44,033 nucleotides of DNA. It comes from Candidatus Aenigmatarchaeota archaeon (lineage in GTDB: Archaea; Aenigmatarchaeota; Aenigmatarchaeia; GW2011-AR5). The stretch covers positions 1-44,033 of the forward strand of contig JAGVVU010000033.1 in assembly GCA_018304605.1 (NCBI GenBank), in the 5' to 3' direction. Shown in pieces: positions 16,138 to 25,243 of this stretch; within the stretch, counting starts at the first letter, position 1; the number at the start of each line of letters is the position of its first letter. A model generated the notes under the pieces. It ran no database searches. It saw only the letters and a list, made by a program, of their open reading frames with translations, and was not told the origin of the DNA. The position numbers and the translations under genes were made by a program.

Positions 16138-16632
16138 ATGGCATATACTCACGGCATTTACGGTTCATGGCAGCGTCTTCAGGAGCAGAAATACAGGGAG
16201 ATGAAAAGGAGGCTGGGAGAGAATTTTGACGAAATATTCTCAGGCAGCATGCTCGACATAGGCTGCGGGTTCGGATACCTCGAGAAGACCTTCAAAGGGC
16301 GTTACATAGGAATAGACAACAGCATGGAAATGCTGCGCAACCAGGTTTCCATATTCCCGCGCGTGCTGGCGGACGGAAGCAACCTGCCATTCAAAATCAA
16401 TTGCTTCGACTCGATAATATCCATAGACGCGATGCATCTCGTGCATGGCAGCGACTTCCAGAGAGTTCTGAAGCCGGGCGGATTCGCGCTTATGTCGATA
16501 TTCTTCAACGAACAGAATTACGAGGAGAGAAAGGGAATGTTGCTCCAGAAGCTCGGCGGAATGGAGATTGCCGGCGAATTCGAGATTCAGGGCAAAGAGA
16601 AGGAGTACGTAGTGGTGGCTGTGAAAAGATAG
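16138..16632 (+). CDS. class I SAM-dependent methyltransferase
   Basis: Motif I MLDIGCGFGY, with D..S.EML and LKPGG motifs. Confidence 0.8.
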   Translation: MAYTHGIYGSWQRLQEQKYREMKRRLGENFDEIFSGSMLDIGCGFGYLEKTFKGRYIGIDNSMEMLRNQVSIFPRVLADGSNLPFKINCFDSIISIDAMHLVHGSDFQRVLKPGGFALMSIFFNEQNYEERKGMLLQKLGGMEIAGEFEIQGKEKEYVVVAVKR

Positions 16633-16644
16633 AATCAAGCTTGT

Positions 16645-16745
16645 ATATTGCTACAAGGAAATAATATTATCCGGATTGTTTCCCTTGTGCACTATATGTT
16701 AACCCAGAAACATGTCGGAATTCTTTTCTGGGTTAACTATATCAT
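16645..16745. repeat. two-hairpin repeat, copy H
   Basis: Hairpin 1 is 16649-16691 (12 bp with bulges). Hairpin 2 is gttaacccagaa/ttctgggttaac, 16698-16737 (12 bp). Colinear with 25845-25943. Confidence 0.65.
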
Positions 16746-17152
16746 ACAACCTTTATCATGTATCTTGGGTCAACCCTGCCTTTTCCTGTTCCGTACTCAA
16801 GAGCAGCTTTCCATGTTTCCAGCGACTTTACATCTGCTTTGAATTTCGCCGCCCCGAACTTCGTTTCTTTAAGGATTTTCTGCAGCTTTATCCTGAAGCT
16901 TCTTCCGCTGAAAATGATTACCAGATTCTTTCTGTCGGTGAAATGAACATAGTAGCCAAGCTTCATTATTTTTTCCAGCTTCTTGACAACCCTGTTCATG
17001 TCATTATCGGCGACTTCTATAATGTTGAGTTTCCAAATCCTAACTTTGCCACCTTCTCCGTTTCTTTCAACAAATGAATCAATAATTTTGAGCTTTCCAA
17101 GAATGCGCTTGTCCCGCAGGCTTTTATCGATAAGCCAGCCTTTCCAGACCAT
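16742..17152 (-). CDS. hypothetical protein (136 aa)
   Basis: ATG 17152 lies 3 nt after the argS stop. The longer ORF version overlaps argS. Confidence 0.5.
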   Translation of the reverse strand: MVWKGWLIDKSLRDKRILGKLKIIDSFVERNGEGGKVRIWKLNIIEVADNDMNRVVKKLEKIMKLGYYVHFTDRKNLVIIFSGRSFRIKLQKILKETKFGAAKFKADVKSLETWKAALEYGTGKGRVDPRYMIKVV

Positions 17153-17154
17153 TC

Positions 17155-18810
17155 CTACATCTCCTTCAGTGTCTCTATCCCGAGCAGGTCCAGGCCGTTC
17201 TCCAGGACCTGCATTACGCATGACACGAGCGCGAGCCGTTCGGCCTCGTTCTTTTCTCCCACCACCCTCACGGAATGATAGAAGTCATTGAACAGCGTAG
17301 CCAGCTCGAAGAGGTAATTCGCGAGCAGGTTGGGCTTGAACTCTTCAGCTGATTTTTCCACTATCAAAGGAAACTGTGACAGCTTCTTTGCTATGCCGTG
17401 CTCCTTTTCATTATCAAGATGGCCTGCCCTGGCTTTTTTTGTTGACTTCTCCAGGATTGAGTTCGCCCGCGCATAAGTATACTGCAAATACGGTCCAGTG
17501 TCGCCCTCGAACTCTATTGACGCTTTCGGATCATACGTCATGGAGCGAACTGGGTCGAATTTTACTATGAAATATTTTATAGCGCCGAGCCCTATCTTTT
17601 CAGCGCGGCTCTTTATCTCACTTTCAGGCACGTTCCTTTCCCTCAGCTTCTCCTCTGCGATCCTGTGCATCTCGTCCATCAAATCGTCCGCGTCGACAAC
17701 CGTTCCCTCCCTGCTCTTCATGCGCCCCTCGGGCAGGTTGACCATCCCGTACGAAAGATGATGGCACTGCTTGGCGAATTTGTAGCCGAGTATCTCCAAT
17801 ATGCTGAAAAGCGCGCGGAAGTGGTCCCTTTGCTCTTCTCCCACGACATAAATCATCCTGTCCATTGCAAAATCCTTGTACCTCTCCACGGCAAGCGCCA
17901 TGTCCTGAGTGATATAGACGGACGTTCCGTCGCCCCTGAGCAGGACGCGCTTGCCCAGGCTGCGCTCCCCGAGGTCTATTATTATGTTGCCTTCAGGATC
18001 TTTCGTGAATATGTTCTTCTTGAGGCCGTCCATAACTATCTTCTTTCCCCTGAGGTAATGGTCGCTCTCAAAATAAGACTTGTCCGTGTGCACCCCGAAT
18101 CTCCTGTAAGTCTGGGTGAAGCCCTCTATCGCCCACCTGTTCATCTTCTTCCAAAGAGAGCGCGTAGCAGGATCTCCGTTCTCCCAGTCCACCAACATCT
18201 CCCTTATCTTCTGCTCCGCGCCTTCCTGGCCCTCGAGCTTTTTCGCGAATAGCACGTAAAAGTCGCCGACAAAATGGTCAGGCTTCTTGTCCGGCTCGCC
18301 CCCGCCGAATTCCCTGTAGGCGAGCATGGACTTGCATATATGCACCCCGCGGTCGTTGATTATGTCGACGTTTTTCACGCGGTAACCCAGGAATCTCATC
18401 ATGTTCGATATGGAAATCCCGAGCGTCATGGTGCGCATATGACCAAGATGAAGCGGCTTGTTGGTGTTCGGGCCGGGGAATTCCACGAGAATAACCTCTT
18501 TTTTCTTTTTTCCGGAGCCGTATTTTGTTTTCTGCTTCATTATGTCTTTCAGCACTGCGGTGCCGAATTTCTCATAGTTCACGTAGAAGTTGAGGTAAGG
18601 ACCTGATGCACTGACATTTTTTATCAGCACGAATTTTTTCCCCGCCAGCTTCTGCTCCAGCTCTTTAGCTATCTCGAACGGGTTCCGCTTCTGGCTTTTT
18701 GCCAGTCCAAAACAGGCGAAAGCAAGGTCTGCATTGACTTCCTTCGGCGGAATCTCGACACGGCCTCCAGCCAGCTTCTCGCATTCTGCCTTGAATTTTT
18801 CCCATGACAT
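17155..18810 (-). CDS. argS: arginine--tRNA ligase
   Basis: Class I HIGH-type motif PNTNKPLHLGHMRT, a DALR anticodon-binding C-terminus, and 551 aa. Confidence 0.93.
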   Translation of the reverse strand: MSWEKFKAECEKLAGGRVEIPPKEVNADLAFACFGLAKSQKRNPFEIAKELEQKLAGKKFVLIKNVSASGPYLNFYVNYEKFGTAVLKDIMKQKTKYGSGKKKKEVILVEFPGPNTNKPLHLGHMRTMTLGISISNMMRFLGYRVKNVDIINDRGVHICKSMLAYREFGGGEPDKKPDHFVGDFYVLFAKKLEGQEGAEQKIREMLVDWENGDPATRSLWKKMNRWAIEGFTQTYRRFGVHTDKSYFESDHYLRGKKIVMDGLKKNIFTKDPEGNIIIDLGERSLGKRVLLRGDGTSVYITQDMALAVERYKDFAMDRMIYVVGEEQRDHFRALFSILEILGYKFAKQCHHLSYGMVNLPEGRMKSREGTVVDADDLMDEMHRIAEEKLRERNVPESEIKSRAEKIGLGAIKYFIVKFDPVRSMTYDPKASIEFEGDTGPYLQYTYARANSILEKSTKKARAGHLDNEKEHGIAKKLSQFPLIVEKSAEEFKPNLLANYLFELATLFNDFYHSVRVVGEKNEAERLALVSCVMQVLENGLDLLGIETLKEM

Positions 18811-18843
18811 TAGAAGTAATTTACGCGGATGCTTAAAAAGAAT

Positions 18844-19257
18844 TCAATAAATCACACCATCCCCGGACAATATTGCCTTTAATAATTTATTTGCATCCGT
18901 GTGGTCATTGCGCGGCCCTTCCCGGCAGGCCTTGGCATTTTCCCTGTCTTCACGGTCTTCGGCTTCTCTCTCTTCCATGCGGCTTTTGTATCTAAGGTCC
19001 GCATCCACAATAAGTCCCCTTCTCCATCTTCTGGGGCCTTCGCCTGGAAAGCTTTGGTGTTCCGCTATTACATAAATTCTGCTCCGGCGGCTCAGGTTCT
19101 TTATCTCGCTTTGATCAATAAGGGTCGCGATTGCGCTTCTAGCCTGCTGCTCGCTTAAGTCCGTTCCAGACGCACAGGAATTCACGGTCCCAAACCCGTG
19201 AAGCTTGAAGTAGCTGAGCACAGCGTCGGTTATTTCTCTTCCTGCCTGGTAAACCAT
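18844..19257 (-). CDS. hypothetical protein (137 aa; possible winged-helix N-terminus, acidic/basic tail)
   Basis: Start set at ATG 19257; the upstream part of the 251-aa ORF overlaps dys on the opposite strand. Confidence 0.45.
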   Translation of the reverse strand: MVYQAGREITDAVLSYFKLHGFGTVNSCASGTDLSEQQARSAIATLIDQSEIKNLSRRSRIYVIAEHQSFPGEGPRRWRRGLIVDADLRYKSRMEEREAEDREDRENAKACREGPRNDHTDANKLLKAILSGDGVIY

Positions 19258-19305
19258 GCCAACCTCTATTGCAGCAAAGTTTAAGTTTTTGAACTTTGCC
19301 GTTAA

Positions 19306-20292
19306 GTGCAGGGTATGCACAAGACGGAAAAAGCGAGGGACAAGATATTCAAGGAGTCTGAGGAGCCGGAAGGGCTGCGTATAAAGGGCTATGACTTCTC
19401 CAAAGGACGCAACATGAATGAACTTCTGGACAGCTACGCCTCTACGGGCTTCCAGGCATCGCACCTGGGCAAGGCGGTCGAGATAGCAAAAAAGATGCGA
19501 AAAGAAAAGGTCACTATTTTCCTCGGCTTCACTTCCAACATGATATCTTCCGGAGTCCGAGAAGCCATACTTCACCTTGTCAAGAACAAGATGGTGCATG
19601 TTGTTGTCACCACAGCCGGCGGGGTCGAGGAAGATATAATAAAGACGCTGAAACCTTTCGTGCTAGGCGACTTCAGGCTGGACGGCGCTGAGCTGCGCAG
19701 GAAGGGAATAAACAGGATAGGCAACATACTCGTGCCGAACGACAGGTACATTGAGTTCGAGAAGGTATTCACCCCCCTGCTTCACAAGCTCTTCACGGAA
19801 CAGAAGGAGACAGGCAAGATTTCTACTCCGACGGAAATATGCAAACGCTTAGGCGAGCTTGGCGACGAGACATCAGCGCTCTACTGGTGTGCACGCAACA
19901 ACATACCCGTATTCTGTCCTGGAATAACAGACGGCTCGATGGGAGACATGATATTCTTCTTCAAGTCGGAGAATCCCGAATTCAAACTGGACGTGACTGA
20001 TGACGTCGTCAAGCTGGAAGATTTGGTGCTGGATGCGAAAGAAACGGGGGCAATCATTCTCGGCGGCTCATTGCCGAAGCACCACATAATGAACGCCAAC
20101 ATGATGAGGGAAGGAACAAAGTACGCCATCTACATAAACACGGCGATGGAAGGAGACGGTAGCGATAGCGGGGCGCTGCCGGAAGAAGCCAAATCATGGG
20201 GAAAATCCTCGGCTGACGCTGACAACGTGAAAGTCCAGTGCGACGCCACTATCGCTTTTCCACTGCTGGTTGCCGGGGCTTTTGTTGATTGA
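19306..20292 (+). CDS. dys: deoxyhypusine synthase
   Basis: GFTSNMISSGVRE...VVTTAGGVEEDIIK...GGSLPKHH. The likely start is ATG 19315. Confidence 0.92.
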   Translation: MQGMHKTEKARDKIFKESEEPEGLRIKGYDFSKGRNMNELLDSYASTGFQASHLGKAVEIAKKMRKEKVTIFLGFTSNMISSGVREAILHLVKNKMVHVVVTTAGGVEEDIIKTLKPFVLGDFRLDGAELRRKGINRIGNILVPNDRYIEFEKVFTPLLHKLFTEQKETGKISTPTEICKRLGELGDETSALYWCARNNIPVFCPGITDGSMGDMIFFFKSENPEFKLDVTDDVVKLEDLVLDAKETGAIILGGSLPKHHIMNANMMREGTKYAIYINTAMEGDGSDSGALPEEAKSWGKSSADADNVKVQCDATIAFPLLVAGAFVD

Positions 20293-20293
20293 T

Positions 20294-20698
20294 ATGAGAA
20301 TTATACCTTTGTTGAAGGTTTACGAGATACGCGGACATCACCTTGTGGATATAGCCGAGTATCTCCATAATCCTCAAATGACAACCCAAGGTTATCTGAA
20401 AAGGGGGTATGGAAACACTTTTGCTGGAAATCAAAGAGCTATTTTTGACGATTTCATCTCAGGCAGAACTGTGATATTTCTTATTGCAGGCAGGCTTGAT
20501 GCAACATGTCTTGGGGATTGCCAAAGATTTACGACGATACAAAGTGGAGACCAGTTGCCTTGCGAGGGCGGCGGTCTTCCAACAACCGAAGACGAAAGAA
20601 CTGCTAGAGCATTCCTTCTAGAGATTGGAAAAACTTATTCATTTCAGCAAATAGAACGAAACTTAAGAAATTTTTATGCAGACCAACACAGCATGTAA
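20294..20698 (+). CDS. hypothetical protein (134 aa)
   Basis: ATG lies 1 nt after the dys stop. No family recognised. Confidence 0.45.
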   Translation: MRIIPLLKVYEIRGHHLVDIAEYLHNPQMTTQGYLKRGYGNTFAGNQRAIFDDFISGRTVIFLIAGRLDATCLGDCQRFTTIQSGDQLPCEGGGLPTTEDERTARAFLLEIGKTYSFQQIERNLRNFYADQHSM

Positions 20699-21877
20699 TC
20701 ATCTCGCAGCCTTTATAGAAATAACATCCCCGTTCTTCAGCTGATAGCTTGAGGAAATATTTTTGCCGCTCTTCGCGTCTATCGCTGCTATGAACTTCTT
20801 CCCTATGTCCTCGTGCACCCTGAACGCGAGATCCAGCGCTGTCGAGCCTTTCTTCATGAGGAACGCGTGCGGGAGCACGTTGCCCTTGCCATCTGAGAGC
20901 TTATGCTCGTTCTCCACTGGATAAACGACAATCATCTCAAGCACCTCGAATACAATGTGGTCTATTATCCCCTGGACGCCTGTCGAGCCATAGGATTGCA
21001 GGAATGATTGGACATGCTCAAGGGCTTTGCTATGACTCGCATCCATCTCTTTCAGCATCCTGAAGGTTCCGCCGCCCGGCGCGTATTCTATGATCCCTTT
21101 CTCCGCCGCCCGGCGCAGCGCAAGCTCGAATTCGGCAGAGCACGGGAACAGCTCGTACCCCATGTCCTTTATCCGTTCCAGGTTCTTTTCGCTGCCCGGA
21201 ATGTCTATCTTGTTGGCCGCAAGTATTATCGGCTTTGCGCGCTCACGCAGCGCACGTATGAATTTCAGGATGTCGTAATCGTCAGAGTGCTGATTTATTT
21301 CAGTCTTGTTCATGGCATCCTCGACGTCCGCAAGCTTGATTCCGAGACCTGCCAGCTGACTATGGATGACAACAGAGAACTTTTCTCTTGTTGCCTCCAT
21401 CCTTTTCGAGAGGGTTGCCAGGTTTCTTTTCAATATGCCCAGAATCCAATAGTCAATCTCCTCTTCCAGGAATTTTATATCGTCCTTCGGGTCACGGTTG
21501 CCTGCGACTACCGGATTGCCCTGCTCGTCAGTGCCACCTGAAATATCCACCACATGTATCAGCGCATCCGCTTCCATTATGTCAGAAAGGAACTTGTTGC
21601 CCAACCCCCTGCCCTCATGGGCGCCAGGGACCAGTCCAGCCACGTCCACCATTTTCACTGGAACGAAACGAACTCCGTCTATGCATTTTGAGTTTTGCGG
21701 ATGACATTTGTTTCCGCCGCACGGGCATGGCGTCCGTACATACGTGACGCCCTTGTTCGGCTCGATCGTGGTGAAAATCCTGTTGCTGATCTCTACGTCC
21801 ACGAGCGTCGCTGCTGCAAAAAATGTTGATTTTCCGGTATTCGATTTACCCACCAAGCCTATTAGCATAAGACACAA
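20699..21877 (-). CDS. OBG-like GTPase/ATPase (YchF/DRG-related) with C-terminal TGS domain
   Basis: G1 GKSNTGKST, G3 DVAGLV, NKID, and a TGS-like C-terminus ...LKNGDVISIKA. Confidence 0.85.
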   Translation of the reverse strand: MCLMLIGLVGKSNTGKSTFFAAATLVDVEISNRIFTTIEPNKGVTYVRTPCPCGGNKCHPQNSKCIDGVRFVPVKMVDVAGLVPGAHEGRGLGNKFLSDIMEADALIHVVDISGGTDEQGNPVVAGNRDPKDDIKFLEEEIDYWILGILKRNLATLSKRMEATREKFSVVIHSQLAGLGIKLADVEDAMNKTEINQHSDDYDILKFIRALRERAKPIILAANKIDIPGSEKNLERIKDMGYELFPCSAEFELALRRAAEKGIIEYAPGGGTFRMLKEMDASHSKALEHVQSFLQSYGSTGVQGIIDHIVFEVLEMIVVYPVENEHKLSDGKGNVLPHAFLMKKGSTALDLAFRVHEDIGKKFIAAIDAKSGKNISSSYQLKNGDVISIKAAR

Positions 21878-21920
21878 TAGAATGGAAAGGTTTAATAAAG
21901 TTCAGGCAAAAACCTTGAGT

Positions 21921-22424
21921 ATGAAGATATGCAAGGTGTGCCTCAGCAGTGACATCCTGTGCGCGGGGTGCAGCCGAAGACTGGAAGACGGCAAGATCAC
22001 GAAGACAGACATAGATATCTCAAGGGCGATACACAAGATTTCCAGGGAGAAGGATTTCAACGTGGACTTTCTTCAGGGCGAAGAGGATAACGGCAAGGTA
22101 TTTGTTATAGTCGAGAGCAGGCATGCCGCAAAGTTTATCGGACCCGGCGGCAGAAATATAAAAAAGCTCTCGGAAATGCTGAGAAAGCCCGTCAAAATGC
22201 TCGAGAAGAGCGAAGGCAGCGAGAAACACATGATAGAGAAGCTGATAGGCGCCCCTGTGCTCGGGATAAACAAGGTTTATGCAAGCCAAAAGGCGCACAA
22301 AGAGAACGGAAGCCGCGAATCATTCAAGGTCCGCGTGGAAAAACGCTACGCCAGAACGACCCAGCCTCTGGCAGGCGTGGTCGGCAAAATCCTCGGAAGA
22401 AAAATCAGCTTCGTCTTTGAGTAA
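21921..22424 (+). CDS. KH-domain RNA-binding protein with N-terminal zinc ribbon (NusA-like)
   Basis: CKVCLSSDILCAGC and the KH GXXG motif FIGPGGRNIKKL. TATA-like gtttaataaag about 25 nt upstream of ATG 21921. Confidence 0.65.
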   Translation: MKICKVCLSSDILCAGCSRRLEDGKITKTDIDISRAIHKISREKDFNVDFLQGEEDNGKVFVIVESRHAAKFIGPGGRNIKKLSEMLRKPVKMLEKSEGSEKHMIEKLIGAPVLGINKVYASQKAHKENGSRESFKVRVEKRYARTTQPLAGVVGKILGRKISFVFE

Positions 22425-22664
22425 TTCAGAGGGCCACGTCGTAGAATCTGCTGCAAGGCCGCCCTTTTGATATATGCATATCCTTTGGCCATTTCTTATC
22501 CTAAAACGCTTGCCTGCATAAATGAAAAACCCATTTTCATCCTTCTGCACGTACCCGTTCACGCTCCTTGGTATCCAGCCAAAACGGTACAAAGTAATTT
22601 CTCCCCCAAGATTCCTGCGCAGGCCTCTTTTTCCAATTATCACAAGAACTAGTAATTTATGCAA
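22320..22664 (-). CDS. hypothetical ORF (114 aa, TTG start only)
   Basis: The only ORF covering 22425-22664. In the same frame as the upstream gene 22668-23021, separated by TAA plus one codon. Its 3' end overlaps the convergent KH gene by about 105 nt. Confidence 0.3.
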   Translation of the reverse strand: MHKLLVLVIIGKRGLRRNLGGEITLYRFGWIPRSVNGYVQKDENGFFIYAGKRFRIRNGQRICIYQKGGLAADSTTWPSELLKDEADFSSEDFADHACQRLGRSGVAFFHADLE

Positions 22665-22667
22665 GCT

Positions 22668-23021
22668 TTAGTATCTTCTTCCGAGCGAGCGCTCCATGTT
22701 CTTCAGGCGCTCGTTTATCGTCTCGGTCTGGCTGCGTATGGCGGACAGCTGGCTTTCTATCAGGCTTAGGCGGTCCATTATGTCGTAATCCCTGCCGCTT
22801 TGCTGCGGCGGAAAACGCTGGTCCTGCCTTGTGTCGATCGTCGAAAACCCCGGCGGCTCATCCCTCGGGAATGGCTCGTCCCACGCAGGCGCTTCCGTGC
22901 GCCTCGGGAAGTCCGGCTGTGGCTGTTCTGCCATCCGGAAGTCACCGAGCACGCTCGAGCGTATATCCTCCACGTCGTCGTAGTCCTTTTTCCGGAAGCG
23001 GCTCCTGAGGCTGTCAAACAT
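22668..23021 (-). CDS. hypothetical protein (117 aa): disordered Pro/Asp/Arg-rich N-half, C-terminal coiled coil
   Basis: The C-terminus DIMDRLSLIESQLSAIRSQTETINERLKNMERSL is heptad-like. Confidence 0.5.
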   Translation of the reverse strand: MFDSLRSRFRKKDYDDVEDIRSSVLGDFRMAEQPQPDFPRRTEAPAWDEPFPRDEPPGFSTIDTRQDQRFPPQQSGRDYDIMDRLSLIESQLSAIRSQTETINERLKNMERSLGRRY

Positions 23022-23070
23022 AATAACTCCTGAATATAGTTTCGTCTTTCCAGTATAAATAATATGTCTG

Positions 23071-23127
23071 GCTCTGTAGAATACACAATAAGGCTCCTGC
23101 GACTTTTCTCATAGGTTTTCTACAGAG
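23071..23127. repeat. internally deleted copy (B') of nested-palindrome element B
   Basis: gctctgtagaa ... ttttctcataggttttctacagag are the same termini and 3' spacer as B (25988-26117). The inner hairpins are missing. Confidence 0.6.
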
Positions 23128-23151
23128 TTATACGTTTCTATACTTTCAGGT

Positions 23152-23640
23152 CTAATTCTCTTCCTGGGCTATCTTGAACTTGTTCAGAAGGAACTCCCTC
23201 ATGTCCATTATGTCATCCTTGCCGTTCTCCAGATAACCCCGGCGCTGCTTGTAGTAGAAGCTGTAATTGTAGAACCACCAGAAGCTCCGCTGGACGAAAT
23301 TGGAGAAGCTGTAGCTCGTGTCAAGGGTGCCCTTCATCTCAGCCGTGAACCACCCTGTCCCATCCTTGTTCTGGACGCCCTGGGCTATCACGCGAATATG
23401 AGTCCTTGACCACTGGTCCTCCGTCCGCTTGCCCATCCAAACCCCGTAGAAAGACCCGTCAGTGGCATCCCACCTTATATCCGTCTCGAGCAGGTCCTTG
23501 CCCGGGATCTTCATTATATTCTTTATCATGTCAGGGACTATTCCCATGATGGCGGCGGGATTCGAGCCTGTATACTTTATCTTTGCCCTGTCCGACGGCG
23601 CCATGAGGTCGTCGATAATCTTGAGCTTTATCTTGTCCAT
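23152..23640 (-). CDS. orphan protein, paralog of 25244-25762
   Basis: Colinear weak similarity: I.Y.G..P...P......W....F..W...D..S......G...; aromatic C-terminus RSFWWFYNYSFYYKQRRGYL versus RRFWHNMFYQHQRMEYL. Own TATA tttataaata about 30 nt upstream. Confidence 0.6.
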   Translation of the reverse strand: MDKIKLKIIDDLMAPSDRAKIKYTGSNPAAIMGIVPDMIKNIMKIPGKDLLETDIRWDATDGSFYGVWMGKRTEDQWSRTHIRVIAQGVQNKDGTGWFTAEMKGTLDTSYSFSNFVQRSFWWFYNYSFYYKQRRGYLENGKDDIMDMREFLLNKFKIAQEEN

Positions 23641-23748
23641 ATACCATTATTACTGCAGTATTGGTATTTATAAAAAATTGGTAAAGCGGCTGTGAAAGTC
23701 GGGCTATTTTTCTCTCAAAAGTTTTCCTGTTCTTATCGCAATTTTGTA

Positions 23749-24111
23749 CTACTTGGCTTTATCTGTGTGCGAATCTTTGTGAGGTGCTTCATCCTTATGG
23801 CCCTCATACCGGCCCGCGTAGCTGCCTCCCCATTCACTAACAGATTTGTCCGTATGCTTACCGACTTTGTCGGAATGATGATCTGTATGGTCGACATGAT
23901 CGGAATATGCGTCGTTATATTCTGAATGTTGCTCTGATTTTTTGTAGTCCGAATGGTCGTCATAGCCAAATAGAAATTTCTGACCATCATAGACGTGTTC
24001 TCGTATTACTCTCGCTAATACAGGATTTTCAATCCTATTGGGATCGAACACATTATCTTTATACCCCACTAGGCCCGAACCTACCTTTCTCAATGGACTT
24101 TCACACGACAT
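23749..24111 (-). CDS. His-x-Asp/Glu repeat protein (120 aa), candidate substrate/partner of the upstream radical-SAM enzyme
   Basis: ATG 24111 overlaps the radical-SAM stop by 11 nt. The C-terminal about 70 aa carry 9 H-x-[DE] triplets (HSD, HSE, HVD, HTD, HSD, HTD, HKD, HKD, HTD). Confidence 0.6.
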   Translation of the reverse strand: MSCESPLRKVGSGLVGYKDNVFDPNRIENPVLARVIREHVYDGQKFLFGYDDHSDYKKSEQHSEYNDAYSDHVDHTDHHSDKVGKHTDKSVSEWGGSYAGRYEGHKDEAPHKDSHTDKAK

Positions 24112-25207
24112 CTTGCCTAACCTCCGCTTTTGCCAATTCAGCTTCAACTCTTTTCTGGATATGAGAAAACAAAATTTTGTAGCTCGCACAATAATAATCC
24201 CTTGTGTCAATGTTTCCTGTCTGCATGTACGCATTGTGCATGCAGCCAGAATTGCATATTTGTCTGTATTCGCATGGCTGGCATTCCTCTACCCTCTCAA
24301 TCCTTCTTCTCAACCACTCTCTTCTCTCAGATGTCAACACTTCGGTCAAATCATCGGTGTTAATATTTCCTAGATAGAATTCTCCATTTCCATCAAATCT
24401 ACCACAGGGATATATGTCTCCCTGAGGTCCTATAGATATAAAACTGCTCTGACACGATTCCGAATAGTTACAACCAAATGCTTTGTTCGTTAGAAGGCTT
24501 GCAATCATATCATCAAAAGGATCTAATTTTATTGCAGGTTTGTCATAAAACCATACATCAAAAAGATCTATCATGGCACTTCCATATTCTTGAGGTCCAA
24601 GTCCTAAATCGCCATACATTGACAGAGTTCTGCCCGCTTTTATTAACGGGTTTAGTTTCAAGTTTATTCCTTCAGATTTCGCAAATTCATAAATCCCACC
24701 GAGTCCACTCTTGTTTAGTTTATTTACAACAACTATTGCGCCACCGCCTAGTTTCCTCTGTTTTGCCTTGTGAATTGCTCCTAATATGCGATCGAAAACA
24801 CTCTCCCCAGTTCTGGTGTGTCGCGTTCTGTCATTCATTTCTCTGGGACCATCAAGACTGAAACCAATGTCAAATCCATACCTTTCACAAAAATCCAATA
24901 CATCATCGGTTACTAGCGTGCCATTGGTTTGAAAACCGTTTTCAACCTGTCCATCATGATGTTTCTGCTGGAATTCAACGGCTCTTTCATAGAAGCTAAG
25001 AGGCATTAATAAGGGCTCGCCGCCATGCCAGATGAATCTTACACTGTCGTGAATTTCCAAAACTTTGGAAGTCATATTCCACAATGTCGGTTCGCTCATT
25101 CTGCCTATTTCTGCATTAGGGTCGACATAGCAATATGTACATGCCAGGTTACAGTCATGTGTAGGTTTTACAATGACAGAAATCCGTTTTTTGGGGTGCT
25201 GTGACAT
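24101..25207 (-). CDS. radical SAM enzyme with C-terminal SPASM domain (anSME/peptide-maturase-like)
   Basis: CNLACTYC (CX3CX2C) at the N-terminus. Cys-rich C-terminus GCNYSESC...YPCGRF...CQPCEYRQICNSGC...YYC. Confidence 0.85.
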   Translation of the reverse strand: MSQHPKKRISVIVKPTHDCNLACTYCYVDPNAEIGRMSEPTLWNMTSKVLEIHDSVRFIWHGGEPLLMPLSFYERAVEFQQKHHDGQVENGFQTNGTLVTDDVLDFCERYGFDIGFSLDGPREMNDRTRHTRTGESVFDRILGAIHKAKQRKLGGGAIVVVNKLNKSGLGGIYEFAKSEGINLKLNPLIKAGRTLSMYGDLGLGPQEYGSAMIDLFDVWFYDKPAIKLDPFDDMIASLLTNKAFGCNYSESCQSSFISIGPQGDIYPCGRFDGNGEFYLGNINTDDLTEVLTSERREWLRRRIERVEECQPCEYRQICNSGCMHNAYMQTGNIDTRDYYCASYKILFSHIQKRVEAELAKAEVRQDVV

Positions 25208-25243
25208 TAATACGGTATAATGAAAATATTTATAAAGTTGACT

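Noticed and set aside
19258-19599. Upstream extension of minus ORF 18844-19599
   Set aside because: It overlaps the deoxyhypusine synthase N-terminus on the opposite strand. An internal ATG at 19257 gives a sensible divergent arrangement with a TATA-like spacer.
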